Positions 40,759-54,600 of a DNA stretch of 64,000 bases are shown here, in pieces. Source of the DNA: Tubiluchus corallicola (taxonomy: Eukaryota > Animalia > Priapulida). Each line of letters begins with the position of its first letter. Positions within the stretch are counted from its first letter, which is position 1. A program made the position numbers and the translations under genes. The notes under the pieces were generated by a model, which was not told where the DNA came from, did not search any database, and saw nothing but the letters and a program-made list of their open reading frames with translations. The DNA is taken from positions 34,106-98,105 of the forward strand of contig JAQGDQ010000771.1 of NCBI GenBank assembly GCA_030141605.1, written 5' to 3'.

Positions 40759-42827
40759 CTTTTTCCTGACTATTTTTCAACATAACGTATTTTTAACAAC
40801 AGTGGGATAACATAGAATTATTCCAGAGAGTTAACAAAACTACGTTACACGATACGCAAACACAGCTTCACTATTAAACTACTACTTCACACACAAAGTA
40901 AATCAACTCTCATGTTTTAAATAATGCGTGGTAGCCTTCACTAACTCTTGTGTTTCTAGCGTGTCTAATTATCTGCTTCTCATTGCAAGTGTAAACTTTC
41001 ATCATTATCCTTTTCTGACGAGCAAAAAACAATTATACAGACAGTAATCTTATTTCTGCATTATTTTTAGATTACTTACACAGTTTAGCAATCGGCCGTG
41101 CTAAATCCGTTATTGGTTTCTATTTCCCTCTGGACTCCTATTTCTTAATTACGTACGCAGCAGCTTGGTAATTGTTCTAGAATTACCCGTACTTTTCAGA
41201 TTAATGATAGTTATGAGAATCTGAGAGGTTCTGCATCAAACAACCTCGTGTAATCCCAATGGCTTCACCTCGGTAACGAATAAATATTATAGTCGTAAAT
41301 TATAATTACAGTTCAAACGTAAAATATGAAGTAGTTAGCACTAATTGCAAGAAGGTAATCGTGGTTTCAAGTATGATATATGTACATATACATATATATA
41401 TCATACGTTGTACGTTATAAATATATTCTTTTCTGCGCTTTCTATTCATAAAAAAGTTATTAAACGACTATATAGTTATTAGGCCTACACATAAGCCATT
41501 TGTGAGTTAAACGAATTCATCTTATTCGTTTCAAAATGCATGTTAATTTTTACCTGCTATTTCATTTGTGCCATTTTTACCTGTGTGTTTTACCTGTAAT
41601 CATGAGCAGCAATTTCTCCCTCTTTTTAACTGATGTAGAGACAAACCTCCTTCACTCATAGTCAAATTTCATGCTTATTCGTTGACGGTGGCGGGGGGGG
41701 GGTCAATTAACGACAAAACTATTTTTATGGCAGAAACGCAGTTGTTACTCGTCTTTGGAAGACAGTTTAATCATATGCATGAATATGATGATGACGTCGA
41801 CGACGAGTGGTGACAATGACGATGAAGTGTCAGTGTGTGACATTTCCTCGTTTGTGAGTGCTTTATTAACTTTCAGACTCTTGAACTTTGAGCAACGTTA
41901 TGTATCGCGTCATACCTATATAACACCAATTATTTTCTTGTGTGCAAGGATGTAGCATTACTTAGCATCTCCTTTGGCCTTACTAATAATAGCTATAACC
42001 TCTTTGGTTCAAATTTTAGTATACACTCGGTTAAGGTACATGTTTTTCTAAGTAATTACGTGCGGACTGCTGTAATATCTATGTGAACCCTTCTTATCAA
42101 TACCAGAGTATGTGTACACAGGCTTGCTGTTAGCCGATTCAATAATTCAAGGAAGTTTTGCCGTCGTCTATAGAGCTGACCGATTGCGTTGTTCAAATTC
42201 AGTGGTTTCCTTGCTTCTTGAGTGCATTGCCTTTTGATCAGGTTTCCCTATGCTAATATTGCGCTGGCTTCGCGGAAGTGCCGACGTTAACAACTCACCC
42301 GCCTAAACGGCGACTGCTAATGTTGTTCTGTTCTATTTTCCTCCCGAATTTAACTACCAACGCATTTAATTAACTGCCGGCACTGTAGTTGATTAATTTT
42401 AAAGTCTTACAGATCTCCATGGTCGTTTCAGTTTAATGAATTAAGTTCCGACGGCGCGCGAGGCTTCTCTCTGAGCATTGAGAAACCCTCATCTATGCGA
42501 AAAATTAGCATTTTGGTCACACTGTCCAGTTTCCATCGCATTTACACTGTAAGAATTTGAAGTGTTTTGTTTTGAACCGAGTATTCATATGTATTCATGC
42601 TTGATTGAAGTACTAGGAAGGTTATCCTTTTTCTATGGGTTTGCCCAAAATTGGAAACCTGTTCTTATGTTTTATATTTATACCACTTTAAATTAAATAT
42701 TTTGTTCACCGTGTAACAGCTATTACATGACAAGTTTGCATTCTAAAAGTCAATGTAACTTCTAATTACGTAACTCTTTCGCTACGTTACCACATAAATG
42801 AATAATTTAATAGTGGTTGCAATTGAA

Positions 42828-43299
42828 AGCAAAACAGGATGATTTTTCATATCCTACCCCATTTTGAAGTAGGGTAAAAATTATACGCTTTAACACCTAT
42901 ATAATTTCAAAGCATTTTTAATAATTGAGGTTAAAAACTATCCAGCTATTGATGACGTGATGGCAAATGGACATGATTTTTATACGAAATGTTGAAGTGC
43001 AGTGCTGCTGTGTGATACACAAAAACTAAGTTTAAAGTGCATATTTTATGTTCACTGCTGTGCTCACTCATGACGTGTGCACTACGTCACAATTGAAAAC
43101 CTCTGAATTGAGAGGTACAGCACCTTTTTTGTGCGACGTGTTTGCGAGATTCTATGCGCTGGTGCCCCGTCTGACTAGCGAATGGCGAAATGCGCGTAAT
43201 AGCGAAGAACTAGCCGCTGTTACGTAAGTCATTATCGCAAGTTTATATTTTGGGCTAGATTGTTTCTAGCTATAGTTTAAGATTGGGTGTGGTTTTCCT
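42828..43299 (-). mobile_element. Kolobok-like MITE family K1, diverged reverse copy
   Basis: agcaaaacaggatgattttt ... gtttaagattgggtgtggttttcct|ttaa are reverse complements of the K1 ends. Confidence 0.6.
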
Positions 43300-45627
43300 T
43301 TAATAATATAGATATTACATTACTTTTGAATTAAAGGTTGAACAGTGGCGGTACTGGAGGGACACTCTAGTGTAAGTTATGAGTGACTACTGGTTCTCCT
43401 CGCTTCATTTCGTTTGTATGCAGCAGCAAAAACAAGATGTCGAAAGCGGAAACGGAAGCGGAAGTTTGAGTAATTATTGTGCGCTGTTGGCTTCACTATA
43501 GTAGTTGCGACATCTCATCCCAGGCGCTGCGTCATTTCAATCGTTTTGTTTGCAGTGGCTTCAGCGGATAATGCACCGAATTCGGATGAAATCAGTCGAT
43601 TGCTGATCGTCAATAAATTGTCTTCCTGTTCGTCTCCATTTGTCGATAACCGAATTAAGTGTTGAACACAAAATCTTTGTGAAGTTTTCTGCTGGAAAAG
43701 CTTTATTATTCCTGCTCCTTCTTCGCAGACATTGCTTGAATACCATATTACTACTAGTAACACTTTTGCGTTAATTCTTTTAATGGAAAAACGCCATTAT
43801 TTTGTGCCATATAATAAACATTGCATAGGATTTAGCAAAATTTTTGTTGTACTACAGTATGTATCCGCTGAAATTGGCATTAATGTCTTGTTTACAGATG
43901 TACGGTCATATTAAATGAACCCTTCATTAGTCTGCTTTAAGAGCCGCCCGCCTGCAGTGAATTATGATTCACGATCGTGAAACTATCGTACAGGCATAAT
44001 GCCTAGAAGCATTTACAGTTTTGCAGAAATACGGTACCATGTTTGAAGCTTATAACTGGTGACTAACAGCAACTTTTCTAATGGCTATCGATGAAAATTT
44101 AGCTTAACATTTTCTTAGTTTCTTAACCACTGTGGCACGTTTTAGGTAACTATAAAAATTACAATACTAGCGCTGTACAGGATTCCTGCAAGGTGCAGTA
44201 GCCTTTGCTAAAATATTGATCAGGTGATTGCCGTAATTATGGACGTTTTGTTGTAATAATAAATCATGTAGGAGTATCGTGTGCGCGTGGAAAACTGTAG
44301 GTAGGACCCGTAGCAGCTGTAATGTATGTTGTTCATGTTGACACAATCATTTCGCGGAACCATTAACTTTATACCGTAAATTACTAATTTAGACGAATTG
44401 CCAAGTGCTGGCAAAGGGTTTAACCTGGTGTAGTATAATTAAACATCGTCGGCTTTGGGTTGTAATTAGGTGAGTGTCGGCGCGAAAGCTATAACTTTGT
44501 AAGCTGATGATCCAGACAAAAACTTCGCATGTAAGACGTTATTGTAAGGTCTGCGTGATATCTCTTTACTGGATGACCAAGTTACTGTTTGGTAAAGCTG
44601 TGCACTGGTATTAAAGTCATCATTCTGAGGTCTTGCACAAAGGTACTATATGTCCCCTTACTGTATGACCATTACATGATGCATTGTTAGTTTGTTGAGT
44701 ATAATTCTATGTAATTCCAGACAAATACACTATAACATTGGGTAACCAGAAAAAAAACTATAGTCCAAAAAGACGTTACCAAATTGACACATCGAGAACA
44801 TCAAATAATGCAATGTGCTATATAGTTGAGTAAACCTATTCTATGTCTGTGTATGACAATCATACAATACTACAGATAACAAGTCTGCAAATAATCTCTA
44901 ATCATGTATTGGTAGGAATTTTATGAATGATTGCTTGACGAAAGACAGTTTCCTAGACTAAAAATAACGTTACCCAATCCGTAAATAAGTTCAATACATC
45001 GTAAAAAAATTTAAACACGTGTTCGTTTTCAAATACATCAACAACTTTAGAAAAATTTACGCTCATGAACTCATTTCTAAGATTTTCGATTTTTTTGGGC
45101 AAGTGATAAAACATACTATTGGACAGCACCACGTTCACCCAGTCTATTTTCCATCGGTTAGCGACTCCATCTACCTGTCTGAATTTTTAATTTATGAGAC
45201 TGGAGTCTCATTCTAGTGAATGCAAGTATTGTGCAAGGAGTGAACAATGTGATTATGATATGTATGTATGTTAGGTGATAATAACCATTTCTAAGTTATA
45301 ACGTTCAGTCATTCCTAACTTTGCAATTGACCGTGCTGTACTGGGCTTGAAAGCACGAGATTAATTGTTGTTTTGACAGGCTACCTTGCCGCGCAGTGAA
45401 CGACCGTGAACACAAGTTTAACTGTTTCTTGTGCGCGTGAAATGAGTGCGTGTTTGAGCATTTATTTTAGCGATTTTCTTGTCAAATACTAGCAAAAATG
45501 CCAAGGTGGTAATTTGTCAAATTTCCATCGTACAAAAGATGAATCAGATTGTGATGTTAAAATAGAAAGTCAATGACTGTATGCTAGTAGCCATGTAATA
45601 CATTAAAAATACATTTGAAGTTGAACT

Positions 45628-46530
45628 CATAAACTGAAGTAGGATTAGTACAGTGGTTTAGACCTACAGCTTGTGCGTTAGGTTGTACATTCAGAGAATC
45701 AGCATAAACTGAAGTACGATTAGTACAGTGGTTTAGACCTACAGCTTGGACGTTAGGTTGTACATTCAGAGAATCAGCTTAAACTGAAGTAGGATTAGTA
45801 CAGTGGTTTAGACCTACAGCTTGTGCGTTAGGTTGTACATTCAGAGAATCAGCATAAACTGAAGTACGATTAGTACAGTGGTTTAGACCTACAGCTAGTA
45901 CGTTAGGTTGTACATTCAGAAAATCAGCATAAACTGAAGTACGATTAGTACAGTGGTTTAGACCTACAGCTTGGACGTTAGGTTGTACATTCAGAGAATC
46001 AGCATAAACTGAAGTACGATTAGTACAGTGGTTTAGACCTACAGCTTGTACGTTAGGTTGTACATTCAGAGAATCAGCATAAACTGAAGTACGATTAGTA
46101 CAGTGGTTTAGACCTACAGCTTGTACGTTAGGTTGTACATTCAGAGAATCAGCATAAACTGAAGTACGATTAGTACAGTGGTTTAGACCTACAGCTTGTA
46201 CGTTAGGTTGTACATTCAGAGAATCAGCATAAACTGAAGTACGATTAGTACAGTGGTTTAGACCTACAGCTTGTACGTTAGGTTGTACATTCAGAGAATC
46301 AGCATAAACTGAAGTACGATTAGTACAGTGGTTTAGACCTGCAGCTTGCACGTTAGGTTGTACATTCAGAGAATCAGCTTAAACTGAAGTACGATTAGTA
46401 CAGTGGTTTAGACCTGCAGCTTGTGCGTTAGGTTGTTCATTCAGAGAATCAGCATAAACTGAAGTACGATTAGTACAGTGGTTTAGACCTACAGCTTGGA
46501 CGTTAGGTTGTACATTCAGAGGATCAGCAT
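45628..46530. repeat. 75-bp minisatellite x12
   Basis: aaactgaagtacgattagtacagtggtttagacctacagcttgtacgttaggttgtacattcagagaatcagcat in tandem; source of the 190-aa repetitive ORF. Confidence 0.98.
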
Positions 46531-47015
46531 GTAATCACCTCTACTGAGGAGGACGATGGATACGCACCGCACATGTGTTCCAGACTTTTTGGGGGATTAC
46601 ACCGACACATGGCAAGCGTTTTTATTGGCTGTTGACTGTTCTGTTTCATTCCACTAGTCTGAGATTTTACTGATTGTTTGCAAGCGCTCGTAAAGGTTTA
46701 AACTGACTGTAACTATTCTCTCAAGTGGTTAATAAAACGTAAAAAAGCTTTACAGTCCGTAGAATGGCGCAATGAAGGTAGAGTTACACAATCCTCATTG
46801 CACCGTTTCACAGTTTGCCAGTTGGAATGTTTTTTGTTGAATTTTGCATATATGTTACAGGCAATGTGTGAAATCGGGTATACAGTGCCATGACAAACCA
46901 GGTAGTGCCTAACATACTTGGTTCTACACTTTTCCTAGGCATTATATATAATGGCAGTTTTATTTTAGAGAATGTGTGAGTTCGAATTCCGTAGATGGTT
47001 GGATGATAGCTAGAT

Positions 47016-47395
<380 letters not shown>

Positions 47396-49503
47396 GGGGG
47401 GGTAAATGGACGGGCGGACGCAGAGAGAGACAAAGATGCAAGCGTTATGGCGCTGCTATGTTGACTATAATTTGCAAATTGCTTTCATTAAAAGGTCAAA
47501 TTTTAATCCGTTGCGAAAAATTCAAATTTTTATAATTAATAATCTCTTCTTGCATGACAACTCCAGTCATAACCATTTAAGCTATACACAACACGCAGAA
47601 TCGTAGTCAAGCTGTAAATCTTGTGTAAAATTGCGATAAAATTTAAGAAGTTTTTTACGAAATCAGCTGCAGTATAAATCCGTGTGTACCGCTAAAGATA
47701 AAGATTAATCCCCGGGTGTGTCTAGGTAAAGTATGAAAGAGTCACGGCAAAAAGATTTGCTTCACACTTTTCCGAAAACGCATAGGCGCTATAGGAAGTG
47801 TCTAGGAATTTTATAAAACCTTTGAATTTTACACATTGCTTTTAATTAGTTACAATAATTTTTTTAAATCTATTTGGTTTTTTTGACTTGATGATCCATG
47901 GTGATCCAAGTGATACAGCCATGCAGCTTTTTTAGAGTGAAACAACAGTTTGACAAGCATTCTTTTTGTCATCGTCTTCTTTGACTGATTAGCACCTGTG
48001 TATTAATTAAGACAAATTAGAAGAGACAACGAAAAAATGTGACGGTAAAAAAGTGAATAAGTATAAAAAAACACCCGAAAATAAGGCAGGGGGAACGTAA
48101 AAACGTAAAAGGAAAAAACAGTGCAGGTTATAAAGACAACATAGAAAATCAGATGTACCATGGGTACAGGTATCAGGGTAAAAGTGCAAAAGTAAAAAAA
48201 ACTGGAGTAAGCAAAGAAGACATAATATGTAAAAAATATGTGAATATGTGAATGTTTTTCACTAGATCTATTAGTTAAATAAGTGGTAAATTTTTACAAA
48301 CCTACAACCTTCACTTGTTGTAAAAATTACTACTGCTGATGACACCAGCAGCTCTGTTGAAACTTTGGCATGACCTTTGAACTGTGTAAATCAAAAGTTT
48401 TAATAGAGTTGGGATGTTTTAACTATAAATGTTTTACAGTGCCTGTAATTAAAAAAATGATTTATTAGTGATTCAACGAGAGTTTGACGTAGAATGCTCG
48501 TGCTCAGCTATGCAGCCTAGAACTTAATTTACCCGCTCCATACAAACTTAAGTTAGTAGGAATTTACAGCGAATTACAACGAAAACACATTGGAAACCTG
48601 TCGTCACTGATGTTCCTGAATTAAGAGGCGGTCAAAAGAGAAGGCAGGCGGAAAAACTTACTAGAAGACTACTATGCATAGAGGCTTAGACAGGTATTCC
48701 TTCCCAGGGACTACTTCCTGTCTGTTCTTTCTTTGGCGGAGAGTTTGGTATGTCCTAGTTCTCTCCAGAACAACATGGCGGGTTTAATTTTGTCTGGCTG
48801 TTAGCCGTATTCAATCTTACTGGGTAATTAACTGGGATTACCCGTTTTTACTGGGGTTATTTGTCTTTGTCTTTCTTTTTTGTTCTTTTGTGCTTTTTGT
48901 CTTTTTACCTAGTTAGGTTTTTTAACATGTGTCGTACCGCTTGGTTTCTTACTTATATCTTTTTTATCTTTCTTACGTTTGCTTTTATTTCCATTATTAT
49001 CTTGTTCACCTTTATCTTTGCATCATTATCTTTTCCCTGTCTTTCTTTTTTCGCATCCCCGACTTCCCGTACAGTATTATTTGTTAATTTGACGAAACAT
49101 GCATTTAGTAAATTTGCAGAATCACCAGTTGTTGCTACTGGGACACTTTACCATATTTACCTATGCAGGCTGTACGGCCAAGTATAGCCCCGTTGAAGTT
49201 GGCAGACATTACAGTAGCCCGTGGTAAAAATTTATAACCTCTTCCGGTGTTTTGCTAAAACGTAATGCATAGGCACGGCCAGGTGTGTGTTCTGATCTAG
49301 GTGTGGGCCATGCGTCGTAAATTCTGACTACTGTACATACCTTTGTGTGTCTTATAGAGGCGCAAAGGTGTCACGTGGAGTCTTGGTGATTTCGTGGTAC
49401 TGTGTTATCTTGCACCACCTGACGGATCTTTCGTAACAGAAACTCATAACGATTTTTTACGTGGTGAAAATTTAAGTTTTCAACGATAGCCTGATTTCCT
49501 TAA

Positions 49504-49960
49504 CCCTTTCATACCCGTTGTATCCCGTGGGATACGAGAATATTTTCTGCCTTTAAAATTAATAAAATTTTAAAACTGACAGTTATTTTATCTGTTAATA
49601 GTTATTTTGATAAGCCAATAACAATAGACTAAAAGTGGTGATAAAATGGCAAACTAGAAAATCTACATAGCATAAAAAACTGCGCAAGGTACAGTACTTT
49701 AGAGACGACTTTGTACAGATCAGCATAGCGTGCATACTAAATGTCTTAAATACTTTAAACAATTATCAGCAGTTGCAAAATGAAGCACATTTTATGCTTC
49801 CATTGAATCCCAATGTATCCCGTGGAATACAGACTATATTTAGCACGCTGGCACAGGTAGAAAAAAATAATTATTATGTGTAAACAAGATAGACATACTG
49901 AACAAAAGTACCAAGCCAAAAAAATTTCCTTATTAAAAAAATAATTTGGGACTGAAAGGG
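49504..49960 (+). mobile_element. piggyBac-type MITE, complete
   Basis: TTAA TSD (49500-03, 49961-64); CCC...GGG termini; TIR ccctttcataccc / gggactgaaaggg. Confidence 0.88.
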
Positions 49961-50596
49961 TTAACGAAATCGTTCCCTTGTATCGTTTAATAATCGCTAG
50001 TAATAACTAATGTATTGCGGAAGTCTATTACAATTTATTTAAGATATAAAAGAAAATGGCAGGCACAGAAGATATTATAGTAACCCAGATACAATAGTAG
50101 GATTGCTCCAACGGTCAAGGCCTACAGTAGGAGGGAACTTAATCCTCCAAAAAGCAAACAGCCTGCTGGTTTATCAGTATCTAATAACTCATTTTTGCTA
50201 ACTTAGTTCTGATTTGATGACTTAGCTTTGGTTCTGCAAACTTATACAGCTGTGTAGTGGCATTTTCATCTTGGTATTCAACCTACGAACCAATTCTGGG
50301 CGGGCGATTCAAACGTGATTAACCGCTCATATGGGGACCACCTATATTGAATTATATTATAGCAACTAATACAGGTGATCTCCGACAGCAAGTGTTTTTC
50401 AAAAATAGGAAGCCGCCACCTTTTTTGTTTAATTGTCCTGATTAGGTTTGTAGTTGCTCTAGATAAGGTTGGAATGATCCTAAAGGAGTTCGAGGAAAGG
50501 ACAAGCCCTCTACTTGGTCCTCTACGGCGTTTAGAAGGCCAAATTTAGAACTACGTCCAGCGGTGCAAATTTGTAACATTGGCGTTTTTTCTCTGC

Positions 50597-50806
50597 TTGT
50601 ATGCGTGAGCATGGGCGTGTATGCGTGAGCGTGGGCGTGTATGCGTGAGCGTGGGTGTGTATGCGTGAGCATGGGTGTGTATGCGTGAGCATGGGCGTGT
50701 ATGCGTGAGCGTGGGCGTGTATGCGTGAGCGTGGGTGTGTATGCGTGAGCATGGGTGTGCATGCGTGAGCATGGGCGTGTATGCGTGGGCGTGTATGCGT
50801 GAGCGT
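50597..50806. repeat. 20-bp minisatellite (tgtatgcgtgagcRtgggYg), resumes at 51345-51402
   Basis: About 10 + 3 copies split by an insertion. Confidence 0.95.
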
Positions 50807-51346
50807 GTTTGTGTACTTTTTTTCTTTTTTCTCCTCATCTCCTAAGTAATTGTTGCTCTTTCTCATACTTACCTTTTCTCTGAAATTTCTCTATATTACA
50901 CTTTTTTGGTACTTATTTTATCTCTCCATACTCTCAGTTTTTTTTTAACTTTACTCACTAACCTTGGTCAAATTCCCCTGTTCATAAGACCCCATTTGAA
51001 AATACTATATATAATAATCCTAATTACTGATTAATTGTATTGTTTTGTTTAGATTTAGGTATCTAACTTTATTATTTTTTGTTTTCACTTCTTTTTTGAT
51101 AATTTGTATCATTTATACTGTTTCTATTATTTTTTTTTCATATTTGTTTTTGTTTTTGTTATCTGCAGCCTCACCATTTATTTTTAATATGCTAATCTAT
51201 TTACAAGACAGGGCAGGAGACTAGATGGCCCTATGGTCCTTCCCGGCCCTGCTCCACGATAATAATTACGTAATATTTAAAAAACTTTTTATGTCAAACT
51301 AATTGGAGAAAATAAATGTTCCATGTCTATGTCTATATGTCTATGT
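50807..51346 (+). mobile_element. CR1-type 3'-UTR insertion within the 20-bp array
   Basis: T-rich UTR, hairpin cagggc-aggagactagatggcc-ctat-ggtccttcccg-gccctg, AATAAA, (ATGTCT)n tail. Confidence 0.75.
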
Positions 51347-52718
51347 GTGCGTGAGCATGGGCGTGTATGCGTGAGCGTGGCCGTGTATGCGTGAGCGTGG
51401 GCAGTTACCGCCGCATCGCCTTGGCGATCGCATCAAGTTATGCTTGGCGTGAATAAATATTTATATTTTACACAAATGATATGGCACACATCCGGTAACA
51501 TAAATATTTTAGATATCTGAATGGAGTGGTTTGCGAGAGTACTACCGTATAAACAGTATAATAAACTATGAACATGGTTTTTCATAGCTATAAAACTGCA
51601 AAACTTACGCACTTAATCCCTCGGTGATAACGACAAGAATTGGTACAATTAATAAAAAAATACCGCAACAAAGAAAAGACATGATTGTTTCAATTTCACC
51701 TCTGTGGATATTTACTTTCAGGCGAAAGAGTTAAAAATGTACAAACGATCGCTAAGTACAATTTCTTTAGAATTTTTTAATGTTAACAAATGAAATGATA
51801 CATTCTGCAATCGCTACAGAAAGTACCAGACGGAACACAACACAATTACAGAGAAAACACAGAGTGTACGGTGAATGAAAATCACTGATAAAAATAATGA
51901 TAAGTATTTACACAAAAATCAATACACTGTTTACAGTATAATAAGTAAACATGTAAAGTAGGTACAAAAGTGTGTAATATTTTTATATACACTGGCTAAT
52001 ATTGGCAAACATTGCTAAACAAAAGAGCAAGAAAAGCAATAGAGGATTTTAAATATCATATTTTTCTTCATGCGTTTCCTATAAGTGAAAAAAAAAATCA
52101 CATTTGACGTCAAAACCAAAATGATTTTAATTACTGCACTGCAGCATCAGCATGAGCTACAAAACTTTTCTGTACACAGTCTGTCTTGCACAGTGTGATA
52201 AGTAACACCAAAACATTTGACAAAAATACTTAATAGGTAAATTTCACTTATACAATTTTGAGACGAAAACAAATGCCAAAAGTTGCATCATTATCAACAA
52301 ATTCGAATATAAGAATTAACAAGGCTGCAAAACAGCAACGTTCAGTGCAGTCTTGTGACTGAGTATTGCATCTATGTGGTCGTGGTGCAGTCCTATTGAA
52401 ACTGAAGTATAATAGTAGCAGTGCTTAACAGTTATTGTGTGTAAACAAATACACCTATAACGGCGCAATCCTTACGGCAGCTGTACATAAAGTTGATGCT
52501 AAATGAATCTTAATGATGTCAACTCCACGAAAAATAAATGCTTTATATTTCCAATCAACTGTATCATTTAATCTTTTATGCTTAACAAGATTTTGCTCTT
52601 AAATGAGAAAGCATGACTAGACGACATTTTAGGCTTACGTTTTTATTTACATAGTTTTTTTCATACGTGTTTAGGCATAGAGTTTGCTGTGAAAGCCACA
52701 AAGGTCTGTGATGCTCAG

Positions 52719-53009
52719 CAAGGCCTATTTCAACCTAACCTAGGCCAGGGAAGTGGGGCGTGTGAGGCCCCCTCGGGTTCTGAATTTTTGAAGTGCTAGA
52801 ATGCCGGAGAAGCATTTTCGAAGAGAAAATATGGAGTTATACAGTTGTTAAAGGAAAGAACAATTGAAAGAAAAACTGCTTTATTCTCACGACCAGTCCT
52901 TAATACTTGTCAATACTGGCAAACAAAAAGTGTTACATTAGTGCGAGGCCCCCCTGGAGGGTGAGGCCCCAGGGAAGTATCCCCACTTCCCCCTATGAAA
53001 TAGGCCCTG
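52719..53009 (+). mobile_element. hAT MITE family H2, copy 1
   Basis: TIR caaggcctatttca / tgaaataggccctg; perfect 8-bp TSD atgctcag. Confidence 0.93.
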
Positions 53010-53159
53010 ATGCTCAGCATCCTACAAAACAAACAACACTAATAACATTAACACAGCCTACACTGTTTAGCGAAAAACACAAATATCGCAATAAGTTTAT
53101 AACACTGAGGTTGTAGCACAGGAATATTGTACCTACAGGAAGCCCCTGGATTATGTATA

Positions 53160-53440
53160 TTAATAATAACAACAATCATAATATTATTAATAGTAATAAT
53201 AATAACGTTTATTTAAAATCGACTTTAAGCTCAACAGACAACACAACCCACGAGGCTTTCATCTCCGACTGTAAATAACAAACCACACCTCTAAATTTAC
53301 AGAGATTATTATTACCCCACTTTTACCCTAATTACTAGGCGCCAGGCAGGGCAACAGCAGGTACCATTTTTAAAAGTCTTTGGTGTCACCTGGCCGCTGG
53401 ACGAACTCACGATCTCTCAGACGGAAAGCGTTATCCATTT
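53160..53440 (-). mobile_element. tRNA-derived SINE (partial head)
   Basis: Minus: degenerate B-box gtgagttcgtcc, core caccaaagacttttaaaaatggtacctgctg, AATAAA and (ATT)n tail. Confidence 0.6.
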
Positions 53441-53769
53441 CGGTATAACGTCTAGCCAAAAAGGTAATGGCATAGTGGCTACTGCATGAAACTTGCAGGT
53501 GCATGAAAAATTCATCAATTATAGTTGTCGCTTTTATATGGTTGGCCTGATTAACAGTGTTTGTGGTGGGTTAAGCAAAAATAAACCACTTTAAACAAAC
53601 AACAAACCTTGGTGGTGTGTTTATGTTTTTTGTTGTTGTTGAGTTATCCAGTCCCCAATTTAGAGCTTATGTTCTATTTGTACAAATAATAACAAAGCAT
53701 TCTCCACTTAAGTTGAAATCTATACTGCGAGTTTTTATTCTTAGTCTAATTTAATACTTTTCTTTTCAG

Positions 53770-53832
53770 GGTGGTCGAAAAAATTCATTTCAGGACCAAG
53801 AGTTTTATATAGATGAAGATATTGAAGAATCG
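53770..53832 (+). CDS. Candidate 63-nt phase-0 internal exon GGRKNSFQDQEFYIDEDIEES of an unidentified host gene
   Basis: Strong acceptor (ctaat branch-like motif, ctttttcttttcag), donor G|GTAAGA, only frame 0 open, length a multiple of 3. Confidence 0.55.
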
Positions 53833-53986
53833 GTAAGAAAGCTTTCTGTTTATTTCACACAGACTTTGTGCTCTCCGATCACGTGACGATCACGTGAGTG
53901 AGAGGATGTTAGCTAATGCATGTTGTGTGTCTGGATTCTGTCTGATCTTTACCAGTTAGTCCAAGAGTAATGAGTCATTTAGAGTC

Positions 53987-54600
53987 ACATAGACATAGAC
54001 ATAGACATTTTTATTTATTTCCTCATTTACACCTGTATACAAATTGACTATTATTTTTTTTAGTTATTGATTAAAAAGGATAAATTAAGCATAAAGGAAA
54101 GAGTTAAGGGGGTGCAGGAGAAAGGGTAGCGAAAGACCAATTGGTCATCGAGTCAGCTACCCTTCTCAGGTTAGTGAAAATTGTAAAAAAATTTGTGGTG
54201 CTGCTGTTAACATGAATTTATGGGGGGATACATTAAACATGAAAGCGAAATAACTAAATAAGCTATGCAACAAAGAAATAAAATGAAAAATATGAAATGA
54301 TGATTAACAAAATATGTAAAGCATTTAACTAACCGATTAAAACAAAAAAACTAGAAAAAAGTCAAACCAAAAAAAACATAAATAATAAATCAGCGAAAGA
54401 AACAAAATATGTAAAATAAACTCAAGCAAAATATAATGAAGTAAAGATAGGCAATCGTGTCAAGTTAAGCGTAATGATAAAATACGATGCAACGCAAGAG
54501 CTAGTGCAGAAAAATGGAGCAAACAAAATATGTAGTGAAATTTGACTATGTGACTAAATAGACTATATGGCTCGAAAAAATATAATAACGCTGGCAAGAA
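53987..54600 (-). mobile_element. CR1-type 3'-UTR remnant with (ATGTCT)n tail
   Basis: (AGACAT)n at 53987-54008; minus-strand hairpin aagggtagc-tgactcgatgacc-aatt-ggtctttc-gctaccctt at 54118-54167; 5' boundary approximate. Confidence 0.72.

Noticed and set aside
35313-41272. Additional plus-strand exon candidates (35313-35434, about 36628-36710, 41200-41272)
   Set aside because: Splice signals weak or phases not consistently joinable; no recognisable protein similarity
43515-43763. 82-aa ORF beside GGAA-rich promoter-like motifs
   Set aside because: No ATG start or recognisable domain; insufficient support
44503-44630. C/D-box snoRNA (tgatga ... ctga)
   Set aside because: Imperfect C box, no clear terminal stem, no recognised rRNA-complementary guide
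44953-45138. LINE ORF2 linker-like fragment
   Set aside because: Only vague resemblance; no diagnostic motif
45779-46351. 190-aa repeat protein (similarly 21695-22054, 27314-27595, 46960-47441, 50442-50866, 40388-40785)
   Set aside because: Consequence of stop-free tandem units; no gene structure
54118-54167. Hammerhead ribozyme (GAAA plus short stem; CTGA on the other strand)
   Set aside because: No CUGANGA, GAAA and UH core in the right order on one strand; better explained as the CR1 3' hairpin
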